Sequence record: NC_019401.1
Length of the DNA: 64,000 nucleotides
Reading direction: 5' to 3' (one strand)
In this document: positions 42,555 to 55,047 of the stretch, in pieces
Position numbering within the stretch: position 1 is the stretch's first letter
Layout of the letters: the number at the start of each line of letters is the position of its first letter
Notes under the pieces: generated by a model
What the model was told of the DNA's origin: nothing
Seen by the model: the letters and a program-made list of their open reading frames with translations, nothing else
The model's database searches: none
Position numbers and translations under genes: made by a program

Positions 42555-42935
42555 ATGCAATACTTATTTGAAAAAGTTAAAGAAAACTATCCAAAGCGTA
42601 CTTATCGTAGCAAACGTTCTTTAAAGAAAATGCATCTTAAAGAATACGCTGAAACAATAGTAAGCATTAATTTGTTAGCTGATGTTTTCTTCTCAGCAAA
42701 TGAAAACAAACTTCTTGATGCTATGTATGAATTTGATAGTAATATGTTTGTATGTAGTTCAGTAAACGATGGTACTAACGTCATTTTCTATATGCCAACT
42801 GCTGATTTTTCTTTTGAATATGTCGAAAAGTACTGCAACGATTTACTTTTGGTTCTATCAAACATCGAACCAACATTTGCAGAAATTGAAAGCATCACTG
42901 TTCAATACGGTGATGCATATTATGGAGAATGGTAA
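42555..42935 (+). CDS. YggL/DUF469-like protein
   Basis: RSKRSLKKMHLKEY resembles YggL RSRRLRKKMHIDEF. Confidence 0.55.
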   Translation: MQYLFEKVKENYPKRTYRSKRSLKKMHLKEYAETIVSINLLADVFFSANENKLLDAMYEFDSNMFVCSSVNDGTNVIFYMPTADFSFEYVEKYCNDLLLVLSNIEPTFAEIESITVQYGDAYYGEW

Positions 42936-43651
42936 TGACTACCGAAGCAGTAACTACGAAGGATCAATTTAACTCAGTTGTAGAATTTATGACTGTAGCT
43001 GGACAAGAAGTTAACAGTACTTTTACTGAACCAACAACTAAAGTTGGCAATTTTCGTCTAGCACTAATTGAAGAAGAAATGCACGGTCCAAATGAACTGT
43101 TTGATTCAATTCAGAATGATAACATGGAAAAGATTTTGGATGGTATTTGTGATGTACTATATGTTGCATATGGTGCATACGCTACTTTCGGTATTGAACC
43201 AATTGAGAATGAAATTAGCAATCAAGATAACAGTACTTCAAAATTAATGGCTATGAGTTCTGCAACAACTGTTATGAAACATATGGTAGATGGTTATGAG
43301 CAAGCGTCTCGCGGCTTATCTTTTGGGGATATGTCAACTATTCAAAAAGGTCTAAACCATATTGTTCTATGTTGCCTACAATTTGCTGTGTCACATAACT
43401 TTGATCTTATTGGTGCATTTAAAGAAGTTCATGAATCTAACATGAGCAAATTCTGTTCAAGTAAGGAAGATGGTGAGAGTAGCATTATCCAGCGTCAGAA
43501 TGAAGGTAAATCTGATTATATCAATGCTGAAGTTCATGAAGTAAAAAACGATAATAAATCTTACTTTGTAATCCGCCGCGTTGGTGATGGAAAAGTACTT
43601 AAAGGTGCTAAATTCTTTGAACCAGACCTAAGTAAATTTATCAAAGCATAA
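42929..43651 (+). CDS. MazG-like nucleotide pyrophosphohydrolase
   Basis: LIEEE, DGICDVLYVAYG, AFKEVHESNMSK, GKVLKG. Confidence 0.85.
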   Translation: MVMTTEAVTTKDQFNSVVEFMTVAGQEVNSTFTEPTTKVGNFRLALIEEEMHGPNELFDSIQNDNMEKILDGICDVLYVAYGAYATFGIEPIENEISNQDNSTSKLMAMSSATTVMKHMVDGYEQASRGLSFGDMSTIQKGLNHIVLCCLQFAVSHNFDLIGAFKEVHESNMSKFCSSKEDGESSIIQRQNEGKSDYINAEVHEVKNDNKSYFVIRRVGDGKVLKGAKFFEPDLSKFIKA

Positions 43652-43676
43652 AAAAAGGGAGCGTAAGCTCCCTTTT
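43651..43676. terminator. Bidirectional terminator
   Basis: AAAAAAGGGAGC-GTAA-GCTCCCTTTT between convergent genes. Confidence 0.85.
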
Positions 43677-43679
43677 GCT

Positions 43680-44324
43680 TTACTTCACAAGTGGTTGAAT
43701 ACTTGAGATGTATGGTCGTAATTTATTGACAAGATTTTGAACTTGAAGATTATCGTATTCTGAGCCTAAAGTAATCATTACATATCCTACTACACCAACA
43801 TCGATGTTTTGTACGATAGGTATTGACACTACGCTTTTATACTTAGAACCAATTTTTTTATATCTCTCACAAGAATAAAGTTGTGCGGTATCAAAACGGT
43901 TTTCACATAAAAGTTGAATAGTTGCAATGTTTTCGTAATGCACGTTATTCAGAAGTATTTCCTGAATATTGTTAGTACCATCTACCATTGGAACGACTGT
44001 GCTATCATTAGGTAATTTAGTGCCATCACTGGTTTCTGAAGTTACATTTAGTTGACCAGTGTACAATGATGTTCCTTTATCTGGTATAAATTTATACAAG
44101 ACAATAGAAGATATGTCGGGAACATGAAGCATCATTTTCCTGAATTCCATATTAATACTTTCAACATTTTGGTTATATGCTTGGGTATTTAATATAGTCT
44201 GACCTTCTATTTCTGCTTTCACTGTAATATTATTACAATTGATCAGAACGAACAATCCAAGTACGAAACACGCAACAATAGAAAGAAGTCTTTTTAAGAT
44301 AAGATTTCCTTTACGATTAAACAT
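43680..44324 (-). CDS. Membrane protein, T4 holin T-like paralogue
   Basis: N-terminal TM helix; LYKFIP and VVSIPI...VVGYVMIT motifs shared with upstream gene and T4 T. Confidence 0.55.
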   Translation of the reverse strand: MFNRKGNLILKRLLSIVACFVLGLFVLINCNNITVKAEIEGQTILNTQAYNQNVESINMEFRKMMLHVPDISSIVLYKFIPDKGTSLYTGQLNVTSETSDGTKLPNDSTVVPMVDGTNNIQEILLNNVHYENIATIQLLCENRFDTAQLYSCERYKKIGSKYKSVVSIPIVQNIDVGVVGYVMITLGSEYDNLQVQNLVNKLRPYISSIQPLVK

Positions 44325-44335
44325 GTTTACTCTCC

Positions 44336-45076
<741 letters not shown>

Positions 45077-45120
45077 TTATATACATATTTACCAGTACAG
45101 GGCTAAAAACATCAAAAAAG

Positions 45121-45149
45121 TGAAACGATGTCAAATATTATGATATAAT
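45121..45149 (+). promoter_or_regulatory. Conserved phage promoter TGAAAC-N17-TATAAT
   Basis: TGAAACGATGTCAAATATTATGATATAAT. Confidence 0.85.
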
Positions 45150-45178
45150 GTATTAAACATAACTAAACAAGAGCGTTT

Positions 45179-45553
45179 ATGATTACAACTATTTATAATA
45201 TACTGATGCTAATTTTTTCTTACTTAATTATTGCATACGGTACAACAACTATGGTTTCGATATGGTACGGAGTACTTTGTGTCGGAGCTATTACTATAAC
45301 AATGTTAATTAGACGTGTAACGACTGATTATCCAAAAGTTACATCTAAACAAAAAGAAGGGGTTGAGCTTGTATTCGGTGAAGACTTTAATAACCGAGTA
45401 ATCAACTACTGCATGTCATATTTTGCACATACTATTTTATTAGTTCTATTAGCTCATAATTACTCTTTAGTAATAGCGATTTCTGGTGTACTAATGCTTC
45501 GTATGTGGATGATGATCCAAACAAATAAGAAAGTAAAGGCACAAGTTAAATGA
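45179..45553 (+). CDS. Hypothetical membrane protein
   Basis: Several hydrophobic segments. Confidence 0.65.
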   Translation: MITTIYNILMLIFSYLIIAYGTTTMVSIWYGVLCVGAITITMLIRRVTTDYPKVTSKQKEGVELVFGEDFNNRVINYCMSYFAHTILLVLLAHNYSLVIAISGVLMLRMWMMIQTNKKVKAQVK

Positions 45554-46068
45554 ACAAAATGATTTTATGCACTGATTCCAAACATGGTATTGGTAAAGAT
45601 GGTTCTATTCCTTGGCATAGTACTGAGGACTTTAAACATTTCAAAGAAGAAACTGTTGGTAAAAAAGTTCTTATGGGATACAAAACTTGGGAAAGTTTAC
45701 CGCGTAAACCATTACCTGAACGTTTGAATATTGTCGTAACTACACGTAATGTATCAGATGATATTATCAATCAACACAAAGATGTAATCTTTATTCACAA
45801 GAATAGTCTTTCTGATTTTCTAAGATATAATGATAATATTGTTGTTATTGGTGGTAGTACTATCTATCATGCAGCTTTGCCATTCGTTGATGAAGTAATT
45901 CTTAGTCAGATTGATGGTGACTTTGAATGTGATACGTTTTTTGATATTCATTCAAGTGTTCCAACCTTTATTCCAAAATCCACAAAGCAACTTGCAGATG
46001 GAATTGTAGTAACGTATTTTGCAAAAGCAGAAACTATTTTTTCAAGTGATTGCGTAAGGTGGATTTAA
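45550..46068 (+). CDS. frd: Dihydrofolate reductase
   Basis: GIGKDGSIPW, DFKHFK, MGYKTWESL, LPERLNIV, IGG, CDTFF. Confidence 0.95.
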   Translation: MNKMILCTDSKHGIGKDGSIPWHSTEDFKHFKEETVGKKVLMGYKTWESLPRKPLPERLNIVVTTRNVSDDIINQHKDVIFIHKNSLSDFLRYNDNIVVIGGSTIYHAALPFVDEVILSQIDGDFECDTFFDIHSSVPTFIPKSTKQLADGIVVTYFAKAETIFSSDCVRWI

Positions 46069-46503
46069 ATGGAAGTACATTGTGATGGTTCATGTTTAGG
46101 AAATCCAGGGCCAGGAGGCGTTGGTATAGTTATTGTCAATAATGACAAAGTACTTCACCAATTGTCGTTCGGTGAAAAACTCACCACAAATAACATTATG
46201 GAATTAACAGCTACAATTGCTGCTATTTCCTTTATCCGTACTGAATTAAAATATGAAGGTACGATACACGTTTACACTGATTCAAATTATGTTGTACAAG
46301 GCATGACTTCGTGGCGGCATAATTGGAAGAAGAAAAACTGGCGAACGTCTAAGGGCAAACCAGTTGAGAACCTTGAACTCTGGCAAATGCTAGATGAGAT
46401 TGGAAATGAATGCACATATACTCACGAGTACGGACACTCTGGTAATGTGTATAATGAAATGGCAGATGTATTAGCAAAAGCTGCCGCAAGGGAGATGAAA
46501 TGA
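46069..46503 (+). CDS. rnhA: Ribonuclease HI
   Basis: CDGSCLGNPGPGG, TNNIMEL, TDSNYV, NLELW, GH...NEMADVLA. Confidence 0.93.
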   Translation: MEVHCDGSCLGNPGPGGVGIVIVNNDKVLHQLSFGEKLTTNNIMELTATIAAISFIRTELKYEGTIHVYTDSNYVVQGMTSWRHNWKKKNWRTSKGKPVENLELWQMLDEIGNECTYTHEYGHSGNVYNEMADVLAKAAAREMK

Positions 46504-47840
46504 GTATTACGCTTACGGACAAGCAACAATATATTTTTGATGATCTAATTGATAAAATTAACAACTTTCCTGGAAGAATTGAAGCAGTTATTGTTGGTAA
46601 TGCAGGTACTGGTAAAAGTACTCTTGTTTCCAAAATCATTGAAAGTATCTACCAGGGATATAACATTGCAGTAACTTCTCCAACACATAAAGCAAACTCA
46701 GTACTGAGAAAGATGCTTTTGAATACTGGAGTAACTAAAGAAGATGCACTCATTAGTACTATTCACTCTTTTCTAGGTTTGAAGCTTCAATATGAAAAGA
46801 ATCGTCAAGTACTAAAGCATGACCCGCGATCACCTAATAGTACGGCTATGGTTGATGTACTATTCGTTGATGAATGTAGTATGATTTCTGAAGAAATGTA
46901 TACACACATTTTGAATCAAATTCACAGGGTTCGTCGTGCAGTAGTTTTTATTGGTGATGATTGTCAATTACCACCAGTAGAAACTGAAGGAACATCGGGT
47001 GAGACTAAATTAAGCCCAACATTTAATATCCGTTTACAGTACAAGCTTGATGAAGTACTTCGCCAGGCATTGGATAATCCAATCATCAACATTGCAACTC
47101 AAATTCGTGAATGTATCGGTACTGGTCGTGACCCAATGACTATACTAAATGCAATTGATGGTTCTGAAACGATAATGCCAATTGATGATGAAATGACATT
47201 TTTGGATGTGTATAAGGAATATATTAACGAAAGTAAAGGTTCAGCTAAAAAGATTTATGATTTCGTTCAGGAAAATAAAATCATTGCTTACACGAACTAT
47301 CGTGTAAACTTTGCTAACATGTATATTCGCAATGAAGTGTTCAGTGAACATACAGAAGAAGAATTCATTCCAGGTGAACCAATTGTATTTGAAACCACTA
47401 CTGAAAACTGTCCTTATACGGTACAGGAAATAATTCAGTGTCCAGAAATACGCAAGGAATCATTCTTGGGTATAGATTGTTGGCAATTCAAACTACCAAA
47501 CGGAAACTATTTACTAGGAGTCGGGCCGTATTCTCGCATGAAGCTAGATGCGTATCTTGAAGATCTGGTTCTCAAAATTGAGAAGAAAGAGGAAAATCCG
47601 TTAACGAAGAAGCCTTACATGTGGCAGGATTATTATGTTATCAAAAATAAGATTAACGTAATTAACTACCCATATGCAACAACGGCTCACAAGTCACAGG
47701 GAAGTACTTTTAATAATATTTGGTTCGATACCGATTTCATTGAACGTATTCCTAATAACGATACCAAATGTCGTATTCTTTACACTGCATTAACTCGTCC
47801 TCGTTATACGGTAATGCTACGTAAAAATGGCAGATTCTAA
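46500..47840 (+). CDS. dda: SF1B helicase (Dda/RecD-like)
   Basis: GNAGTGKS, DECSM, GDDCQLPPV, YATTAHKSQGSTF, YTALTR. Confidence 0.9.
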   Translation: MSITLTDKQQYIFDDLIDKINNFPGRIEAVIVGNAGTGKSTLVSKIIESIYQGYNIAVTSPTHKANSVLRKMLLNTGVTKEDALISTIHSFLGLKLQYEKNRQVLKHDPRSPNSTAMVDVLFVDECSMISEEMYTHILNQIHRVRRAVVFIGDDCQLPPVETEGTSGETKLSPTFNIRLQYKLDEVLRQALDNPIINIATQIRECIGTGRDPMTILNAIDGSETIMPIDDEMTFLDVYKEYINESKGSAKKIYDFVQENKIIAYTNYRVNFANMYIRNEVFSEHTEEEFIPGEPIVFETTTENCPYTVQEIIQCPEIRKESFLGIDCWQFKLPNGNYLLGVGPYSRMKLDAYLEDLVLKIEKKEENPLTKKPYMWQDYYVIKNKINVINYPYATTAHKSQGSTFNNIWFDTDFIERIPNNDTKCRILYTALTRPRYTVMLRKNGRF

Positions 47841-47874
47841 TGGGCGTTTCTGACGTTCATTATTAAATACGTAT

Positions 47875-47882
47875 TATAAATA
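47875..47882 (+). promoter_or_regulatory. T4-like late promoter TATAAATA
   Basis: Exact T4 late consensus about 30 bp before the 47911 start. Confidence 0.65.
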
Positions 47883-47910
47883 ATAGAAAGTTCTGTTTAT
47901 GGAGAATATA

Positions 47911-48456
47911 ATGAACAATTTATTTAACGCATTTAGTATTAAAGTATCGGGTCAAGTGCTTGACAACCAGAAATTTTTCCAGTACTCTGACTACGACAAC
48001 ACAAGCACCACTGCACCAACTGATGCACAGACCTTGACAAAGGCTAAAGCTTTTGTTAGACTTAAACACATCGAGCGTAAGCTTAGCGAACTAGCTGTAC
48101 CTGTATATTTTAAAATCAACTTTGGAACCGCAGGAACCGCCGCAAATGTACCAGCAAACGCTGAAATTGTTGTTGGATACATCAGCATCGAACCATTCCT
48201 AAGCACCCTTGAAACTGCACCAGATGAAGCGGATCGTTTCACTGCTGCTGCTGGAGTCATCAAAGGAATCATCGATGCCGCTCTCGCCGCAGAACTTAAA
48301 GATGAATTCTTTGAAGTTCAAAAAACATATAGCCGTTCTAAATTCCCAGGTTCTTCAGACACTGAAACCTTCCGTGAATTAGAAACTATCTACGTAACTG
48401 TACCTGATGCAGAAGTAGAAAGTACTGTTGCATATATTGAAATTAAATCTGCTTAA
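47911..48456 (+). CDS. Probable virion structural protein
   Basis: Late promoter, high-expression codon bias, Ala-rich. Confidence 0.6.
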   Translation: MNNLFNAFSIKVSGQVLDNQKFFQYSDYDNTSTTAPTDAQTLTKAKAFVRLKHIERKLSELAVPVYFKINFGTAGTAANVPANAEIVVGYISIEPFLSTLETAPDEADRFTAAAGVIKGIIDAALAAELKDEFFEVQKTYSRSKFPGSSDTETFRELETIYVTVPDAEVESTVAYIEIKSA

Positions 48457-48464
48457 CATTATAA

Positions 48465-48671
48465 ATGGAGTTTAAAATGGACAGCAAAACATTTTATGAT
48501 CGAATTCTCGAAGACGTAGAAACATTTGACAAAATCATTTTTGATTTAGAAAAAATGTCGCAAGAGGCTCCAAATGCCCGTATCCGTACTGTATCGGATA
48601 CCGCTATCGCAAATCTTAAATTTGCACAAGAAATATGCAAAGCGTTGAAAGATGCAAACTCAGGCAAGTAA
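48465..48671 (+). CDS. Hypothetical protein
   Basis: ORF. Confidence 0.6.
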   Translation: MEFKMDSKTFYDRILEDVETFDKIIFDLEKMSQEAPNARIRTVSDTAIANLKFAQEICKALKDANSGK

Positions 48672-48743
48672 TTGCTTGACTCAGAGTGTATCGATGATAC
48701 AATCTTTTTTATTAAAACACCCTTTTGGAGTTATAAACTTTAT

Positions 48744-49250
48744 ATGAAATCTGTTATTGCCAACGAAAAAATTACTGCGAAGAACGTTCGTGTCGTTGAA
48801 GAAGGTTCTAGCCAAGTAATGGCAATTGCTGCCGCATTAAATCTTGCGTACAGTAAAGAGATGGATCTTATCCAAGTATCTGATCAAGATATTCCTGTAG
48901 TAAAAATTATGGATTTGAACAAATACTTGTATGAGCAAAAACAAGCTGAAAAATCTAACAAGAAGAAACAGCGTGAAACTGCAATTCAGGTAAAAGAAGT
49001 ACAGATTGCTTACAATACTCAAGATAACGATCTTGGTACTAAAGCTAAGTCTGCACAGAAATTTATTTCTGAAGGTAAACATGTACGTATTGTCATGAAA
49101 ATGCAAGGTCGTGCACATTCAAATCCTTCTGTCATTCAGACGAACATTCAAAAGATGAATGAATTTGTTGCTCGTTTAAATGAAACTGATTTTGTTCAGA
49201 ACATTGCAGTACAGGGTAATAACATTACCTGCACAGTTAAGGCCAAATAA
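48744..49250 (+). CDS. infC: Translation initiation factor IF3 homologue
   Basis: NEKITAKNVRVV, ALNLA...MDLIQV, PVVKIMDLNKYLYEQKQ, QVKEV, FISEGKHVRI. Confidence 0.9.
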   Translation: MKSVIANEKITAKNVRVVEEGSSQVMAIAAALNLAYSKEMDLIQVSDQDIPVVKIMDLNKYLYEQKQAEKSNKKKQRETAIQVKEVQIAYNTQDNDLGTKAKSAQKFISEGKHVRIVMKMQGRAHSNPSVIQTNIQKMNEFVARLNETDFVQNIAVQGNNITCTVKAK

Positions 49251-49316
49251 GTAGTAGATAATAGACGGGGTGCTAAATAATTTTTTACACCCTGATAAAA
49301 TAACTGGAGTATTATT

Positions 49317-49850
49317 ATGAAAAATATTGTGCGTGAAGTATTTTCCCTACCTGCTATGGACGTGGTAAAGGCTTCTTACAAAGATTCAGTATATTACATT
49401 GCTGGTTCAAGTGATATTACTGAATATGTTTCAACTATTAAAGACTCATTTGATATTAATGAGATTGAAGCAATCAAACATGGTTTGAATGCGTTTTTAA
49501 AAGAACATCCAATTAATAAAGTACTGAATGTTCCAAAATATAATCTTGCTCTAATCAACACTGCAAGCACAAGTGATGACTACGTTTTAAATATCGTTAC
49601 CGACATTTTCCGTAAAGATATTGAAGAAGCACACAACATTGTAGATACAATCAAATATGAAGGGTTGTGTGTCGTAGGCACTTATACTTACGAGATTGCA
49701 CATACTTTTGCATGTATGGTTGAAACTGCAAATATGCAAATGCAGCAAGATATGGAAACAGATATTATTCCCGTTTATAAATCTAATTCTATGGATAGTC
49801 TAGAAGTTATAGAACAACTAATTCGTCGCGATCATCCAGAAGATCTTTAA
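49317..49850 (+). CDS. Protein with C-terminal ClpS-like domain
   Basis: YNLALIN...YVLNIVTDIF...EEAHNIVDTIKYEGLCVVGTYTYEIA parallels ClpS YKVILVN...FVIDVLQKFF...[26 protein letters not shown]. Confidence 0.7.
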   Translation: MKNIVREVFSLPAMDVVKASYKDSVYYIAGSSDITEYVSTIKDSFDINEIEAIKHGLNAFLKEHPINKVLNVPKYNLALINTASTSDDYVLNIVTDIFRKDIEEAHNIVDTIKYEGLCVVGTYTYEIAHTFACMVETANMQMQQDMETDIIPVYKSNSMDSLEVIEQLIRRDHPEDL

Positions 49851-49855
49851 AATTT

Positions 49856-52042
<2,187 letters not shown>

Positions 52043-52043
<1 letters not shown>

Positions 52044-54577
52044 TGCCAAGCAAATCAAAGGCTCAAGCTCATTTGATGGCGGCTGCTGCACACAATCCAG
52101 AGATTGCAAAAGATGCAGGTATACCACAAGATGTAGCTCATGATTTTAATCAAGCTGATAAAAAAGAAGGAACCTTGAAAAAAGGTTCCGATGCACCAGA
52201 ACATGTTACTGAAGAACTTATCAATGAAGCAAGTGGTGTAGGTATTTTAAAAGTACCTCCAACATTATTAAAACAGTTTCAGCGTATTGTTTGCTCCATT
52301 CTATTAACAATGGGTGTGATGAGACAAAAAGAACTATCTGAAGCTGGTTATTCTGAACAGGTAACTGCATTAAACACATTCTTAAAACGTTATCAGAACA
52401 AATATAATGCTTCTGTACTATCACAAGCGGCGATGAAAAAATATATAAACAGTATTAGTACTGTTAATGTAGATACCGAAACCGTATTTAACGAACTTCC
52501 ACAAAGTCTTAAAAACCGTGAGGGTGTAAAGGATTCATTATCAAACTTGAAATTGAGAATTTTGCTAAGTAATCAAGTTTCTGGAATCTATGGAAGTAGT
52601 CAAGATAATCACACTGGTAGTTTAAATATTCAGACTATTGCAATACCATCATATTATCATGACTTCAAAAATAGAACAGTTGAAGAAATTGCAAATACCA
52701 TGTCACGTGTTCCTGGAACCGTAGAACATGAATTACAACATGCAATGCAGAATGCAGTACTTGGTCGTTTGAATAAACATGATAAACAAGTTGAACAAAA
52801 ACCCGGTTATTCTGACCACGGTGATGCATATTATGCAAGTGGGGTTGAATTTGGTACTCAAGTAAAAGATTTAGCGAACTATGCAAAAAACTGGCTTAAC
52901 GAAAATCCTGATGAGCTTACTGGTTCCAAAACAAAAGATATAAGTAGTGCTATTAAGTATGCGTTATCGACACACAAAGGAACTATTATCCAAGCACTTA
53001 GAAAGTACCAACACGATGACCGAGCTAATAAGGCTATGAAGTTAATTTATCGTGAAGTTAGTGATTTCTACGAGAATGAGTTTGCAGATCAAAGTGACAG
53101 CGGTAAGTTGGATAGGACTGAGAAAGACGATTTTGAAGATACTGACAATCATGCAAGAATGTTAGAATATCCAGAACCTGGCGATTCACTACTAGGAGAT
53201 TTGTGGTTATCAATAAATCGATACTACGGTGAATCACCAAGAGTCATGGGATATTATGATGATATTAAAGAACTTATTTTCAAACGTGATTACGGGGAAA
53301 TTATTTTCGAACAAGCTTCTAATGGTGGTGCTCATATGTATCTTAGAGTACCAGGTAATAAAGAGAAATCGTTTCATATAGAGTTACGACCTGAAGATCT
53401 TAAAAGTTTAATTCCTGATGTAGCATATTTCACTAATCTTCAAACAGTACATAAACTTAAAGACAGAATTGAGCAAGATCAGATTCCTAATGTAAATTTA
53501 GAAAGTGCATATTATGATATTAATGACGTAATTGAAACAGAAGAAATGTTCAATACTGATTCGAATAAAAAAGTTTCTGCTCAATACGATGAAGAAGATG
53601 GAAACGTTTGGGTATCTTTTAATGGTGCACGTCAGCATATGTATATTCAAGAAGGTGGTAAAGACTATTTTGTTGGATATAGTGATGGAATGACACGATG
53701 CAAACAGAAAGAACTAAGGAAATGTTTTGAAACGCTTATTAGTTTCTATTTCAGTAATAAAACAAATACGAAAATGATAAACAAGATGTTGAAACACATC
53801 ACAAATGATCAGTTTACTGTTGAATCAATAAAACAGTATGCCGATTACTTAAATGAATTGTATGAAGAACCAGTTGAAGAATCTAGTATGCGTAGTTTAG
53901 CTGACATAGTTCAGAATGCAGAACTAGAACATGATATTGATGATGCAAATGATCAAGAACTTATTAATAAAGGTGTTCTTGATGAAGATGCTGATGAAGA
54001 ACAAGAATATGATCTACAAGGTAAGCCAGTTGAATCTGGACAAAAATCTGCCCCTGTAAATGCAGGAACAAGTACTGAGAGATTATCTGAAATGCCTCTA
54101 CAATATGATTCGTTTATGGGTATGGACCCACAAGTATATGTTGATAACAGTGCAAGGAAAAGTCCATATAAGAATATGACACCAGTTAAAGATCATGGTG
54201 AATGGACAACTTATAAAGGGCCAGATGGATATATGGCTTATGACAATGATACCGGTGAAGCATTAGCTGCGGTTGAAGGTCATGAACACCACGGATGGTT
54301 CAATGTTGATGTTACTGCATCAAGTCGTCATGTCAAGGGTGTAGTATATCAAATGTTTATGGATATTGTAAAAGTCGAAGGTACACCAATCCTAAGCGGG
54401 CGGTTGCAGTCGGATGATGCAATTAAATTCTGGAAACGTTTAATCCAATCACACAAAGTATTTGTGGTAGCAAATGATGAAGTACTTCAACAAGCTACAC
54501 CAGAAAAATTCCATAAGTACTGGAGTGATGAAGAAGGTTCTCCACAATCGCAGTTCCAATTCTTACTAGTCAAATAA
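52043..54577 (+). CDS. Multidomain putative virion protein (HExxH domain plus possible C-terminal GNAT-like domain)
   Basis: LINE-ASGVGILKVPP; EHELQH and YYASGVE; C-terminal ILSGRLQSDDAIKFWKRL. Confidence 0.6.
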
Positions 54578-54586
54578 GGCAATTAA

Positions 54587-54952
54587 ATGATAGGCACAAT
54601 ATTTTTACTATTAATTTTATTTCAAATTAAACATTTTGTTTGTGATTACCCACTTCAGGGGCGTTACATGTTAGGCAAATTTAAACAAGAAGGTTGGGAA
54701 CTTCCTCTTGCAGCACATGCTGGTATGCATCTTCTCGGAACATTTCTGATTTCAGTATTTTTCGGATTTTGGATTGCAATTGCTGTAGCACTTCTCGATT
54801 TTACCGTACACTTCATTGTTGATAAAGTAAAAGTTGAAGCTTCCCGTTCTACAAATCACAGTGAGCCTAAATTTTGGTGGTACTTAGGTTTAGACCAAAT
54901 GGCACATCACTTGACACATTATGCAATTATTGCACTATTAGTTCTACTATAA
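54587..54952 (+). CDS. DUF3307-like membrane protein
   Basis: KHFVCDYPLQ, HAGMH, HFIVDKVK, GLDQMAH. Confidence 0.8.
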   Translation: MIGTIFLLLILFQIKHFVCDYPLQGRYMLGKFKQEGWELPLAAHAGMHLLGTFLISVFFGFWIAIAVALLDFTVHFIVDKVKVEASRSTNHSEPKFWWYLGLDQMAHHLTHYAIIALLVLL

Positions 54953-54956
54953 ATAT

Positions 54957-54987
54957 TAACGACGCCCTAGAGCGTCGTTATTTTTTT
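54957..54987 (+). terminator. Rho-independent terminator abutting next promoter
   Basis: TAACGACGC-CCTAGA-GCGTCGTTA followed by T7. Confidence 0.85.
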
Positions 54988-55015
54988 GAAACAAAGAAAC
55001 AAATTATGCTATAAT
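54987..55015 (+). promoter_or_regulatory. Conserved phage promoter TGAAAC-N17-TATAAT
   Basis: TGAAACAAAGAAACAAATTATGCTATAAT upstream of topoisomerase. Confidence 0.85.
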
Positions 55016-55047
55016 GTATTGGCTAAGAAACAATAAAGGGAATTAAA

